From Acidimicrobiia bacterium (lineage in GTDB: Bacteria; Actinomycetota; Acidimicrobiia; Spongiisociales; ZC4RG35), in NCBI GenBank assembly GCA_037969415.1, contig JBBKXI010000166.1:1-45822 (forward strand): 45,822 bases of DNA, written 5' to 3'. The position numbers and the translations under genes are program-made. Of the stretch, positions 7,982 through 17,444 are shown in pieces. Below the pieces are notes generated by a model that saw only the letters and a program-made list of their open reading frames with translations, had not been told where the DNA came from and did not search any database. Numbering within the stretch: the first letter of the stretch is position 1; the number at the start of each line of letters is the position of its first letter.

Positions 7982-9166
7982 ATGAGCGAGATTTCCTTCA
8001 CCAAGCCCGACCCTTACGATTTCCTGGATATCGATTCCCTCCTTGACGACGAGGAGATTCTTCTCCGCGACACGGTTCGCCAGTTCGTCAACAAAGAGAT
8101 CATCCCCGACGTTGGCGAATGGTGGGAGAAAGGTGAGCTCCCCCACAAGGAACTTGCCAAGACTATCGGAGAGATCGGACTGCTCGGGATGCATCTCGAA
8201 GGCTATGGGTGCGCCGGAACCTCGGCCACCGCGTATGGCCTGGCCTGTCTTGAATTGGAAGCAGGCGACTCCGGAATCCGCTCATTCGTATCTGTGCAAG
8301 GCTCCCTTGCAATGTTCCCCATCTGGAAGTTCGGCTCCGAAGAGCAGAAAAACGAATGGCTCCCCAAGATGGCCAGGGGGGAAGCGATTGGATGCTTCGG
8401 TCTCACCGAGTCTGACTCAGGCTCCGACCCGTCGTCGATGCGCACCAACGCCAAGAGGGATGGCTCGGATTGGATCCTCAACGGCTCGAAGATGTGGATC
8501 ACCAACGGGTCGATCGCCGATGTCGCCGTTGTTTGGGCTACGACCGACGACGGAATCCGCGGGTTTGTAGTTCCTACTGACACGCCCGGATTCTCAGCCC
8601 CCGAGATCAAACACAAGGCTTCTCTACGGGCGTCTGTTACGTCTGAGCTGCTTTTCGACAACATAAGACTTCCGGACGAGTTCGTTCTTCCGGGTGTTGC
8701 TTCGATGCGTGGCCCGTTGTCTTGTTTGAACGAGGCCAGGTTCGGTATTGCGTTTGGCGCAAATGGGGCGGCGCGGGCGTGTTACGAGTCGGCGCTGGAA
8801 TACTCCAAGGAGCGAGTGCAATTCGACAAGCCGATTGGTTCCTTTCAACTCACGCAGCGAAAGCTGGTCGAGATGATGGTCGCAGTGCAGCGGGGCACGC
8901 TGGTGGCTCTCCATCTTGGCCGACGCAAGGATGCGGGGACCCTATCGCCGGAACAAGTTTCTTTCGGGAAATTCGACAACGTCCGCAACGCCATCGAGGT
9001 CGCGCGGACTGCTCGTTCAATCCTGGGTGCCAACGGAATCACCCTCGAGTACCCGGCTTTCCGCCACATGGCCAACCTCGAGTCGGTCTACACCTACGAG
9101 GGAACCAACGAGATCCACACCTTGATCATGGGTCAAGCCATCACCGGCCTCAACGCCTTCTCATAA
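7982..9166 (+). CDS. gcdH: Acyl-CoA dehydrogenase, glutaryl-CoA dehydrogenase-like
   Basis: The 394-aa product carries CFGLTESDSGSDPSSMRT ... WITNGSIADVAVVWA ... NEARFGIAFGANGAA ... YTYEGTNEIHTLIMGQAITG. This pattern and length fit GcdH-type ACADs. Confidence 0.8.
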   Translation: MSEISFTKPDPYDFLDIDSLLDDEEILLRDTVRQFVNKEIIPDVGEWWEKGELPHKELAKTIGEIGLLGMHLEGYGCAGTSATAYGLACLELEAGDSGIRSFVSVQGSLAMFPIWKFGSEEQKNEWLPKMARGEAIGCFGLTESDSGSDPSSMRTNAKRDGSDWILNGSKMWITNGSIADVAVVWATTDDGIRGFVVPTDTPGFSAPEIKHKASLRASVTSELLFDNIRLPDEFVLPGVASMRGPLSCLNEARFGIAFGANGAARACYESALEYSKERVQFDKPIGSFQLTQRKLVEMMVAVQRGTLVALHLGRRKDAGTLSPEQVSFGKFDNVRNAIEVARTARSILGANGITLEYPAFRHMANLESVYTYEGTNEIHTLIMGQAITGLNAFS

Positions 9167-9192
9167 TCTGGATCGAGCTCAGATAAAAGACG

Positions 9193-10278
9193 TCAGCGGA
9201 TGGCCCCGGCCAACGCAGTCACATCCGAGGTCGTGTTATAAACATGGAAGGCGACGCGGAGGCTTCCAGCGCGGTGAGAAGCGGTAATACCACTCTCACT
9301 CAAATTTCTCATCGCGGAGTCCGGATCGTCCACTGTGATCGAGACGATCGGCGAGCGACTCGCTGGATCAAAGGGGACCTCGATTCCTAGATCCACAAGC
9401 TCCTCGACGAGGCCCATATTGTGCGCTTCAATTTCTGGGGAACCGATACCGTCGATGATGCGAATACCCTCGATATTGGCTAGAGCATCAAACCAGCTGA
9501 AGGACGCGTCCAGCTTCGAGGCACGCTCGGCCAGCTCGAATTCGGGCCCGTAGAACGAGCGGACGGGATCAGCGGTGGCTTTCCATCCCGGTGTGAGAGG
9601 TTTGAAAGAACCTGACAACTTCGGACTGACGTACAGGTGACCCATTCCACGAATCCCCAAGAGCCACTTGTGGCTGCAGCTGAAAAGAGCATCAACTCCG
9701 TCGACATTGATTTCGATTGAACCCATCGCCTGAGAAGCGTCGAGAACAAGCCACGCTCCAACGTCATGAGCAACTGTCTTTAGGCCGTCGACGTCAACTC
9801 GATAACCTGTTGACGACTGGACCAGAGAGGTGGCTATCACGGCGGTATTGGAGTCGGCCACCTCAGCAAAGGCGGCGGAACTCAGGACGCCATTTACCGA
9901 GTCGACGGTTCTCAGCTCGTAGCCGCGCTCGGCCAATAGCGCCCAGGGCATGAAGTTGGAGAGGAAGTCGTTCGCGGGCACCACCACATTTGCCCCGTTC
10001 GAACCATCGGGTAGTTGAGCGGCCACTGTCGATGCGGCTCCACTGGCGCCAGTCACAATCGCCATGTCAGCAGTAGTGGCACCGATCAACGAGGCACTTA
10101 ACGAACGCAATTCCTCGGCTTCGGCTTCGGCAGCGACAAAGTCGAACTTTCCCTCCAACCAGTCGGCCGTCGCTAGAGCCAAAGCGTCGGCGGCGGGTTG
10201 GTTCCCCAGCGCTATCGAGGCGGTGTTCAAATAGGGGCCCTTGGCAGCTTTCGGAAAGAGGGAGGGAATATCGATCAT
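9193..10278 (-). CDS. Aminotransferase class V / cysteine-desulfurase-like PLP enzyme
   Basis: The 361-aa product has DASQAMG ... FSCSHKWLLG, a PLP-lysine context typical of fold-type I class V enzymes. Confidence 0.75.
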   Translation of the reverse strand: MIDIPSLFPKAAKGPYLNTASIALGNQPAADALALATADWLEGKFDFVAAEAEAEELRSLSASLIGATTADMAIVTGASGAASTVAAQLPDGSNGANVVVPANDFLSNFMPWALLAERGYELRTVDSVNGVLSSAAFAEVADSNTAVIATSLVQSSTGYRVDVDGLKTVAHDVGAWLVLDASQAMGSIEINVDGVDALFSCSHKWLLGIRGMGHLYVSPKLSGSFKPLTPGWKATADPVRSFYGPEFELAERASKLDASFSWFDALANIEGIRIIDGIGSPEIEAHNMGLVEELVDLGIEVPFDPASRSPIVSITVDDPDSAMRNLSESGITASHRAGSLRVAFHVYNTTSDVTALAGAIR

Positions 10279-10294
10279 CCGACCACCCTAGGCC

Positions 10295-11470
10295 TCACTT
10301 CAGGAACGGAGCTAGGTCACCGTTGTCGAAGACTTCAACATCGTTCATTCCCAGCCACGATGCCACCAGATCCAGTTCTGCCTTCAATTCTCTGCCGACC
10401 CGAACTCGATCAACACCCGACTCGACAAACGATCCCTTGACTAAGAGCCTATTGGACTGGCGGTCGGTCTTGAGGTCGACGCGGCCTACCAACTGGCCAT
10501 CAAGCAGGAAGGGCAGCACGTAGTACCCGTAGATCCGCTTCGGCTCGGGGACATAGATCTCGATTCGGTAATAGAAGTCCCAGATTCTTTCGGTCCGGGG
10601 CCGCGACCAGATCAGATTGTCGAAAGGCGAGAGCAGCGCCGTTCCAGTGGGTCGACGAAGCATTTTGGATTCCGGATAGAGGTATCCGACTTTGTTCCAC
10701 CCTTCGACTTCGACCTCGACAAGGTGGCCGTCGGCAACCAGTCCCGGGATCAAGGGGCGGACCTGCGGCATCCGCAATCGTGGGTAGTCGCCAAGGTCTT
10801 CGGCTGTTGCAACACCCATGGCACGGGCCCCTTGCAGTATCAGTTGCTTTTGAGCTGCTTCCTCGTCGATGTCGGGTGGACCCATGTGTTCGGGGGCAAT
10901 GACCCGCTCGGTGAGGTCGTACATCCTGGTGAAGTTGGGGCGAGCCCCTGCGGTGATCTTGCCCTGGAGGAACAATGCCTCTAGACCGACTTTTCCCTTT
11001 GACCAGTTCCACATCCCCTCTCCCGGCTTCGCCCCGGGATCCTTGAGGTCTGAAGTCTTGATCGGGCCAAATACGTTCACCTGCTCCAACACGTCGTGGA
11101 GGTAGTCGGGTTCATTCTGAATCAGATCGTTCAGCGCTCTCCATTTCACGGGCCGGTTCATCAGCCAACGCCAGAGACGATGGTCTTCAACCCGGAGCAA
11201 AGAGGCTTCGTGGCCCCAATACTCGAATAGCTCGCCGGAACCCCACAACCAGCTGTCCAGAGCATCTCGGTCGTAGTTGCCGAGCCTGGAGAAGAACGGC
11301 ATGTAATGGGTGCGAGAAAAGACGTTGACCGAGTCGAGCTGGATCATCCCTACACGATTAACGACCTTGCGATAGTGGCGAGCATCGATTCTTCCGGTCG
11401 GTCGCGCTTCGCCGAACCCCTGGGCGGCAAGGGCGTACCGCTTCGCCTGGTCTCTGGTGATCCGCCGCAT
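10295..11470 (-). CDS. Winged-helix YcaQ/AlkZ-family protein (DNA interstrand-crosslink glycosylase family)
   Basis: The N-terminus reads RRITRDQAKRYALAAQGF ... IQLDSVNVFSRTHYMPFFSRLG.Y ... FEYWGHEASLL. Its length is 391 aa. Confidence 0.75.
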   Translation of the reverse strand: MRRITRDQAKRYALAAQGFGEARPTGRIDARHYRKVVNRVGMIQLDSVNVFSRTHYMPFFSRLGNYDRDALDSWLWGSGELFEYWGHEASLLRVEDHRLWRWLMNRPVKWRALNDLIQNEPDYLHDVLEQVNVFGPIKTSDLKDPGAKPGEGMWNWSKGKVGLEALFLQGKITAGARPNFTRMYDLTERVIAPEHMGPPDIDEEAAQKQLILQGARAMGVATAEDLGDYPRLRMPQVRPLIPGLVADGHLVEVEVEGWNKVGYLYPESKMLRRPTGTALLSPFDNLIWSRPRTERIWDFYYRIEIYVPEPKRIYGYYVLPFLLDGQLVGRVDLKTDRQSNRLLVKGSFVESGVDRVRVGRELKAELDLVASWLGMNDVEVFDNGDLAPFLK

Positions 11471-11509
11471 TGGCAGGTGAGGTTAACGGCTGTGCCATTA
11501 TCTGTGCCT

Positions 11510-12811
11510 GTGATTGAGCGATACACCCTGGCCGAGATGGGAGACATCTGGGAAGAGCCGAGAAAACTCCAGGTTTGGAAAGAAGTTGAAGTCCTTGCGC
11601 TGGAGGCATGGACCGAACTCGGCAAAGTGCCGGATGGGATTGCCAGTGCGGCCCGGTCGGCGGAATGCCCCACTCCTGAGCAGGTTGCCGAACGCGAGGC
11701 TGTCACCAACCACGATCTGGCTGCTTTTGTCGACCTGCTCGGCGCCAACGCCGGCACTGAAGCAGCCGCATGGGTTCACTATGGATTGACATCTTCAGAC
11801 GTCCTCGACACCGCCGGGGGCGTCCTATTGAAAGAGGCATCGGCGGTGCTGCTTGCTCGAACCGCGGACCTCTTTCGGGCCGTCAAACAGAAGGCCATCG
11901 AACACGAGCGCACCTTCATGATCGGACGGACTCATGGAATCTGGGCCGAACCGACGACATTCGGTCTGAAACTGGCTGGGTGGGCCTTCGAGCTGGAACG
12001 TGACTTCAGAAGGATGGAGGCTGCCGCCGAGGCGGTATCCGTTGGGAAGATATCCGGAGCAGTCGGTACGTATGCCCAGGTACCTCCGGATGTTGAGGCG
12101 TACGTGTGCGAGAAACTCGGGCTCGCCATCGAACCGGCATCCACCCAGGTAACCGCACGGGATCGTCATGCACAGTGGCTCCAGGCGCTGGCTCTCATGG
12201 GGGCATCAATTGAACGAATGGCGACTGAGATCCGTCACCTGCAGAGATCAGAGGTGTCGGAGGTGCGAGAAGCGTTTGGCAAGGGTCAGAAGGGCTCATC
12301 TGCCATGCCCCACAAGCGGAATCCGATACTTTCGGAACGGATGACCGGTATGGCCCGCTTGCTCCGTGGCTACTCACAGGTCGGTTTGGAAAACGTCGCT
12401 CTTTGGCACGAGCGGGACATCAGCCACTCATCGGCGGAGCGGGTCATCCTCCCTGACGCGTCCATCACCTTGCACTACATGCTGGTGAAGTTCACCGCTC
12501 TGGTAGAGGGGTTGGTTGTGGATGAGGGTCGGATGGACGCCAACCTCGAAGGCACCAATGGTTTGGTCTTCAGCCAACCGGTCCTTCTCGCGCTGGTCGA
12601 GACCGGGATGACCCGTGACGAGGCCTACCGGATCGTCCAGGAGCATGCGATGAGCGCCTGGGGCGGGTCCGGACATCTTCGGGACTTGCTGGCCGCCGAC
12701 CCGGATGTGGATCTGGACGAGCAAACACTCAACGGTTGTTTCGACCTGGCCCGGGTCCAGGAGTCGTCGCAGGTGGTGTTCGAGCGACTTAGAAGCCTGG
12801 CGGTGGGTTGA
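11510..12811 (+). CDS. purB: Adenylosuccinate lyase PurB
   Basis: Homology begins at (V)IERYTLAEMGDIWEE, so the start was placed at the GTG at 11510 rather than the ORF-track start at 11306. The signature SSAMPHKRNP is present. The product is 433 aa. Confidence 0.93.
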   Translation: MIERYTLAEMGDIWEEPRKLQVWKEVEVLALEAWTELGKVPDGIASAARSAECPTPEQVAEREAVTNHDLAAFVDLLGANAGTEAAAWVHYGLTSSDVLDTAGGVLLKEASAVLLARTADLFRAVKQKAIEHERTFMIGRTHGIWAEPTTFGLKLAGWAFELERDFRRMEAAAEAVSVGKISGAVGTYAQVPPDVEAYVCEKLGLAIEPASTQVTARDRHAQWLQALALMGASIERMATEIRHLQRSEVSEVREAFGKGQKGSSAMPHKRNPILSERMTGMARLLRGYSQVGLENVALWHERDISHSSAERVILPDASITLHYMLVKFTALVEGLVVDEGRMDANLEGTNGLVFSQPVLLALVETGMTRDEAYRIVQEHAMSAWGGSGHLRDLLAADPDVDLDEQTLNGCFDLARVQESSQVVFERLRSLAVG

Positions 12812-13977
12812 TGTCTGATGTTTTGATCGTCGGCGGTGCGGCAACGGGATGGGCCACTGCCCACCACCTCAATCACACTGATCCGTCCCTCTCGATAACG
12901 GTCATCGAGCAGGATCCCACCCTGGCGAGATCGTCGACCATGCTCTCCGAGTCGAACGTTCGGATCCAGTTCAATCTCGACGAGAACATCGCCATGTCCA
13001 AGTATGGGATGGAGTGCATCGACAACTTCGGCGACTTGCTCGAGGTCGACGGCGAGCGTCCCCTCCTCGACCGTCGCAGACAAGGGAATCTGTTCCTGGT
13101 CGATGAGGACGGGCGGGATAGCGCAATGGCCGGGCTGGAAAATCAGCGACGTTTTGGCGGCAACGTCGAGTGGTTGGATATGACCGAAATCGCCGAACGG
13201 TTTCCGGTGGCCGCTTCGGACGACTTTGTCGGCGCCACCTTCGGGCCCGACGACGGACCGGTTGACGCCAACGGAGTGGTCAATGGCTACCGACGACGGG
13301 CGATCCACGGCGGTGTGGAACGTCTGACTGCTCAGGTCGAGTCGCTGGTTACCGAAAACGACCGGATCAGGGGTGTGACAATCAATGGGGAGACCCACCA
13401 CGCCGATGCCGTAGTGGTTGCTGCTGGCGCCTGGACGCCAGGGTTACTGGAGACAGTCGGTGTATCGGTCCCGGTCGATCCGGTGATGCGAACTGTGTAT
13501 GTGGTCGAGGGCGGCTTTACTCGGTTCGGACAGTTTCCTTCCATCTTTCTGCCATCGGGTGCATATGTTTTTCCTGAGTTGGGTCCAGCGGTTTTGATGG
13601 CCTGGTCGACCGACGACGACCCGGTTGGTTTCGATTTCACCCCGGCTCCGCGATCACATTTCTACGAGGTGATCTGGCCCGAGGTCGCCACCCATCTTCC
13701 TGCATTCGACAGCCTGGAAGTGGTCAGGTCCTGGGCCGGCCTATATGCCCAGAACCGGCTGGACGCCAACGCCATCATCGGTGAATGGCCTGGGATTAAC
13801 GGTCTGTTGCTCGCAACCGGCTTCAGCGGCCACGGCTATCAACACTGTCACGCCATGGGTCGGCATCTCGCCGAGCTAATCACGGGGCAAACGCCCTCGA
13901 TCGACCTGACCCGTTTCGGCCCCCAACGCGTCCTCAGCGGCGAGGCCTACCCGGAAAACCCCGGCCGCATCATCTAA
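12811..13977 (+). CDS. FAD-dependent oxidoreductase (DAO family)
   Basis: The N-terminal dinucleotide fold is DVLIVGGAATGWATA. The C-terminal part reads GFSGHGYQH, typical of DAO. The ATG at 12811 overlaps the purB TGA by 1 nt (TGATG). Confidence 0.8.
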   Translation: MSDVLIVGGAATGWATAHHLNHTDPSLSITVIEQDPTLARSSTMLSESNVRIQFNLDENIAMSKYGMECIDNFGDLLEVDGERPLLDRRRQGNLFLVDEDGRDSAMAGLENQRRFGGNVEWLDMTEIAERFPVAASDDFVGATFGPDDGPVDANGVVNGYRRRAIHGGVERLTAQVESLVTENDRIRGVTINGETHHADAVVVAAGAWTPGLLETVGVSVPVDPVMRTVYVVEGGFTRFGQFPSIFLPSGAYVFPELGPAVLMAWSTDDDPVGFDFTPAPRSHFYEVIWPEVATHLPAFDSLEVVRSWAGLYAQNRLDANAIIGEWPGINGLLLATGFSGHGYQHCHAMGRHLAELITGQTPSIDLTRFGPQRVLSGEAYPENPGRII

Positions 13978-13982
13978 AACCG

Positions 13983-14029
13983 TTCTGTGAAGGGTTTTGG
14001 TGCCTGAGACGCAATTTCCGTTCACAGAA
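13983..14029. terminator. Long-loop inverted repeat between convergent genes
   Basis: TTCTGTGAA (13983-13991) pairs with TTCACAGAA (14021-14029). The stem is a perfect 9 bp and the loop is 29 nt. Confidence 0.3.
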
Positions 14030-14038
14030 ATGGTGGAT

Positions 14039-15133
14039 TTAGGGGAGGTAGCTGGCGAAAGGCTTGGTGGGGAGTAGAACCTGGGCACCACGCGGTGTGC
14101 GGTAGTTCTTGACTCCGATCGAGAACCGGGTGGTGGAACTCTTCGAGATACCCCGGTACTTGTATCCGGCGGCGACGGCAGAACTGAAAGACCATTGTGA
14201 ATCGAGTCGGACCGACGATGTAATCGCAGACAGCTTCGAAACCAGCGAGGCAGGTGAACTGAAGTTCGACGCCTTGCCGGCCAGTTGGAAAAGAATGTCC
14301 TGCTGCCGGCCCTGCCGTCCAAAGTCGGACCCACCTGACGCCAACCAGGTGTCGCCACGCAATTCCTCTCCATGTCGGGATCGAACCCACGCCAGCGTGG
14401 TCGCCCCATTTGCCTTGTTACAGCCGGTGGTCTCTATCAGGAGATGTGATTTGAGGTCTCGGGTCGGGTAATCGACACAGATGGTGGTCCCACCGAAGGC
14501 ATCCACCATCCGGGCAAAACCGGCGAAGTTGATCCGGGCGAGATGGTCGACAGGGATTCCTGTGTAGTCCTCGACGAGGATTGCCATCATTTCCGAACCC
14601 GAAGCCACCCCGGAACATCCACCGAGTCCCGCGTTGAGCCGGGTAAAGGTCTCTTTGCAAGCGTTCCACACATAGAGATCGCGAGGCAGGCTGACAACTA
14701 TCGGTTTGCCTCCTCCGGCGGGCTGGAGAGCGAAAACAACGGCATCGGCAAGGAAACCTGATGCATCAACACCAATGAGGAGATACGACTCATATGCCTC
14801 ATCGGGTATCGGCTCGCCAAAGGAATACGGGCTGAACTCAAAAGGGTCGAAGGGTCGCTCGATGTCGAACACGGCAGCTAATTCCTCCTGGAACGCCACC
14901 ATGTCGAGTTGTTCCTCTTCGTACTGTGTGGGTTCAACGAAAGTGATATCTCGCCCATCGAACGGACCCATTGCTACCCGGGCCGAATCGGGATCGAAGT
15001 CCTCCACCGCCAGCTGAGACACCGCGGCATTGACCTGATACACGTAGAAGGCCGTCATCCCGAGCAATGCCCCGGCGATGACGGTCATCGTCACCCGCCA
15101 AGGGTGAAATACCGCGTACTTAACTACTGACAA
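14039..15133 (-). CDS. LCP (LytR-CpsA-Psr) family cell-envelope phosphotransferase
   Basis: A single N-terminal TM helix (VTMTVIAGALLGMTAFYVY) is followed by VVSLPRDLYV ... GIPVDHLARINFAGFARMVDAFGG. The start is uncertain, at TTG 15133 or ATG 15088. The longest ORF, to 15214, would overlap the upstream thioesterase gene by 56 nt. Confidence 0.8.
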   Translation of the reverse strand: MSVVKYAVFHPWRVTMTVIAGALLGMTAFYVYQVNAAVSQLAVEDFDPDSARVAMGPFDGRDITFVEPTQYEEEQLDMVAFQEELAAVFDIERPFDPFEFSPYSFGEPIPDEAYESYLLIGVDASGFLADAVVFALQPAGGGKPIVVSLPRDLYVWNACKETFTRLNAGLGGCSGVASGSEMMAILVEDYTGIPVDHLARINFAGFARMVDAFGGTTICVDYPTRDLKSHLLIETTGCNKANGATTLAWVRSRHGEELRGDTWLASGGSDFGRQGRQQDILFQLAGKASNFSSPASLVSKLSAITSSVRLDSQWSFSSAVAAGYKYRGISKSSTTRFSIGVKNYRTPRGAQVLLPTKPFASYLP

Positions 15134-15158
15134 CCTGAAAAAGGTTAGAAGAGCCGGT

Positions 15159-15566
15159 CTAGTTTTCTGCGGAGATGTGGACCGTCCCGGTGAAGATGCC
15201 AGCAACCCGTCCATCCTGCCGGGTCACGATTACGTGATAGGTAGCAAGGGTCCGACCCCGTGACAGTTCGGTCGCAACGCCGGTGAGCTTGTCGCCGGCC
15301 CGGGCGGCGGCCGTAAAAACCATGTGGGTATCAATGGCCACTGCACGAGGTCCGGCAGAGTTGGATGCCAGCGAGAAGGCGCAGTCGGCTAGTGAAAACA
15401 CCATCCCGCCATGACCACCGCCGAGGAAATTCAGGTGACGCTCCCCGACCTCGAGCGCAACGGTCAGTTTGTCATCGGTGACGGAAACCAACTCGACGCC
15501 AAGCGCACCTGCATATGCGTCGACGGCAAACAAGCCCTCCACGCGTTCTCTGTTGAAACCGCTCAT
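15159..15566 (-). CDS. PaaI-family hotdog thioesterase
   Basis: Trimmed to the ATG at 15566 (MSGFNRERV...). The motif is NFLGGGHGGMVFSLADCAF. The product is 135 aa. Confidence 0.8.
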   Translation of the reverse strand: MSGFNRERVEGLFAVDAYAGALGVELVSVTDDKLTVALEVGERHLNFLGGGHGGMVFSLADCAFSLASNSAGPRAVAIDTHMVFTAAARAGDKLTGVATELSRGRTLATYHVIVTRQDGRVAGIFTGTVHISAEN

Positions 15567-15612
15567 CGAGCCACGACAGTAGCGGAGGGATCGGCTTCTT
15601 CCCCTGGAATGT

Positions 15613-15642
15613 GCCACATGTGGCCGTCTGTTCCGTCGGAAC
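15613..15642. promoter_or_regulatory. Two adjacent palindromes in the paaI/purC divergent spacer
   Basis: GCCACATGTGGC (15613-15624) is a perfect 12-bp palindrome. GTTCCG-T-CGGAAC (15630-15642) has 6-bp arms. They lie 14-43 nt upstream of the purC ATG. Confidence 0.4.
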
Positions 15643-15655
15643 GGTGATTGAGTAG

Positions 15656-16564
15656 ATGGGACTTCCGGTGTTAGCCTCCCGAGACGTGCTGTCATTACCA
15701 CACCTTGCGTCAGGCAAGGTCCGAGAGATCTACGAAATCGACCGGGATCACCTGCTATTTGTCGCCACCGATCGCATCTCCGCATACGACGTCATCCTGC
15801 CTCAACTGATTCCAGACAAGGGACGCGTCCTCGCCGGATTGAGCCTCCACTTCTTCGACTACCTGGACACCCCTAACCACCTAGTAGCCACCGACCTTTC
15901 CAGCCTTGAAGGGGTTTCGGTCGAGGAGCGTTCGGAACTCGGGGGACGGGCCATGATCGTCAGACGGGCCGACGTCGTACCGGTCGAGTGCGTGGTTCGG
16001 GGATACCTCTATGGCTCCTCGTGGCGGGAGTATCGCGATGGAGGCGGACCGACAACAGAGCACCTACCGGCGGGCCTCCAACTTGCTGACAAGCTTCCCG
16101 CACCGATCTTCACACCGGCCACCAAGGCAACGAGCGGACATGACGAAAACATCACCGAGACCCAGACCCGGGACCTCCTCGGAAACGACCTCTACGACGA
16201 GTTGAAGAGCCGGTCGATCGATATCTACACACGGGCAACTGAGTATGCAGCGGAAAAGGGAGTCATCCTCGCCGACACCAAATTCGAGTTCGGGTTCGCC
16301 GGCGACGAACTACTGCTGATCGACGAGGTGCTCACTCCGGATTCGAGTCGCTATTGGCCCGTCGACCAATGGACGCCAGGCGAAGATGTCCCTAGCTTCG
16401 ACAAACAGTTTGTGAGGGAATGGTTGGAGACCCAGCCATGGGACAAGACTCCACCGGCACCAGACCTGCCGGCTCACATCGTCGTTGGAACCAGGCAGCG
16501 TTATGTCGAGGCGTACGAGACGATCACCGGTAAGAGCTTCGACGACTATCTGGCCGAGAAATGA
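15656..16564 (+). CDS. purC: SAICAR synthetase PurC (long form)
   Basis: SGKVREIYEIDRDHLLFVATDRISAYDV ... LADTKFEFG ... DEVLTPDSSRYW; the product is 302 aa. Confidence 0.95.
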   Translation: MGLPVLASRDVLSLPHLASGKVREIYEIDRDHLLFVATDRISAYDVILPQLIPDKGRVLAGLSLHFFDYLDTPNHLVATDLSSLEGVSVEERSELGGRAMIVRRADVVPVECVVRGYLYGSSWREYRDGGGPTTEHLPAGLQLADKLPAPIFTPATKATSGHDENITETQTRDLLGNDLYDELKSRSIDIYTRATEYAAEKGVILADTKFEFGFAGDELLLIDEVLTPDSSRYWPVDQWTPGEDVPSFDKQFVREWLETQPWDKTPPAPDLPAHIVVGTRQRYVEAYETITGKSFDDYLAEK

Positions 16565-16803
16565 AGGTCCGCGTCGAGCTCACACGCCGACCGGAGATCG
16601 CCGACCCCCAGGGAACAACCATCAAGCGGGCACTGGAAGATCTCGGTTTCAAGGACGTCGCCTCCGTTCGGGTAGACAAGGTCTTCCATCTCGAGATTGA
16701 GGGAGACGATCCGCAGTTGATTCACCGGCAGGTCACCGAAATGTGCCTACAACTACTGGCCAACCCGGTCCTCGAAGACTTCGAGATCGAGATCGAAAGA
16801 TGA
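16561..16803 (+). CDS. purS: FGAM synthase subunit PurS
   Basis: The 80-aa product reads MKVRVELTRRPEIADPQGTTIKRAL. It has an ATGA overlap with purC. Confidence 0.92.
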   Translation: MKVRVELTRRPEIADPQGTTIKRALEDLGFKDVASVRVDKVFHLEIEGDDPQLIHRQVTEMCLQLLANPVLEDFEIEIER

Positions 16804-17444
16804 AAACGGCCGTTGTCGTGTTTCCGGGATCGAACTGTGAGCACGATGTTGCCAACGCCTTAGAAGCTATCGGTGGACAGACCGATCTTGTCTGGCACCG
16901 AGAAACCGACCTATCCGGATTCGATGGCGTGGTGTTGCCTGGTGGATTTGCTCATGGCGACGCCCTCAGGACGGGGGCGATCGCCAGATTCTCGCCCATC
17001 ATGGATGCAGTGGCGTCTGCCGCCAGAGCAGGAAAACCAGTCCTCGGCATCTGCAACGGTTTTCAAATTCTCTGCGAAGCGGGGCTTCTGCCCGGTGCCC
17101 TGATTGCCAATCGCGACCTGGCCTTCATCTGTCGTTACGTCGACGTCGAGATAACTGACACCACCTCGATTCTGACCAACCAAACGGACCGGGGCCAGGT
17201 GGTGAGGATTCCGCTCAATAGCTACGAGGGCAACTGGGTCGATCCGTCCGGAACGGGTCGAGTGGTAATGCGATATGTGAACGATCCCAACGGCTCGTCG
17301 GGACGCGCCGCTGCCGTGGCGAACGAGGTTGGCAACGTTGTCGGCATAATGCCTCATCCGGAAAGGGCGACTGATCCTCTGCTCGGCTCCGACCAGGGGA
17401 ATGTGCTTCTCCAGGGTTTCCTTCGCTCGCTGATTTCTGTATGA
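16800..17444 (+). CDS. purQ: FGAM synthase glutaminase subunit PurQ
   Basis: The start was set to the ATG at 16800, which overlaps the purS stop as ATGA ([16 protein letters not shown]). The nucleophile context is GICNGFQ, and MPHPER lies near the C-terminus. Confidence 0.95.
   Translation: MKTAVVVFPGSNCEHDVANALEAIGGQTDLVWHRETDLSGFDGVVLPGGFAHGDALRTGAIARFSPIMDAVASAARAGKPVLGICNGFQILCEAGLLPGALIANRDLAFICRYVDVEITDTTSILTNQTDRGQVVRIPLNSYEGNWVDPSGTGRVVMRYVNDPNGSSGRAAAVANEVGNVVGIMPHPERATDPLLGSDQGNVLLQGFLRSLISV

Noticed and set aside
11306-11509. N-terminally extended ORF-track starts: purB at 11306, purQ at 16743, thioesterase at 28929, PaaI at 15785, sigma at 26652, pfk at 21493, lipoprotein at 34484 and paralog B at 1862.
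   Set aside because: In each case family homology begins at a downstream start codon, and the extension overlaps the neighbouring gene or the divergent promoter. Several of the corrected starts create canonical ATGA or TGATG stop/start junctions.
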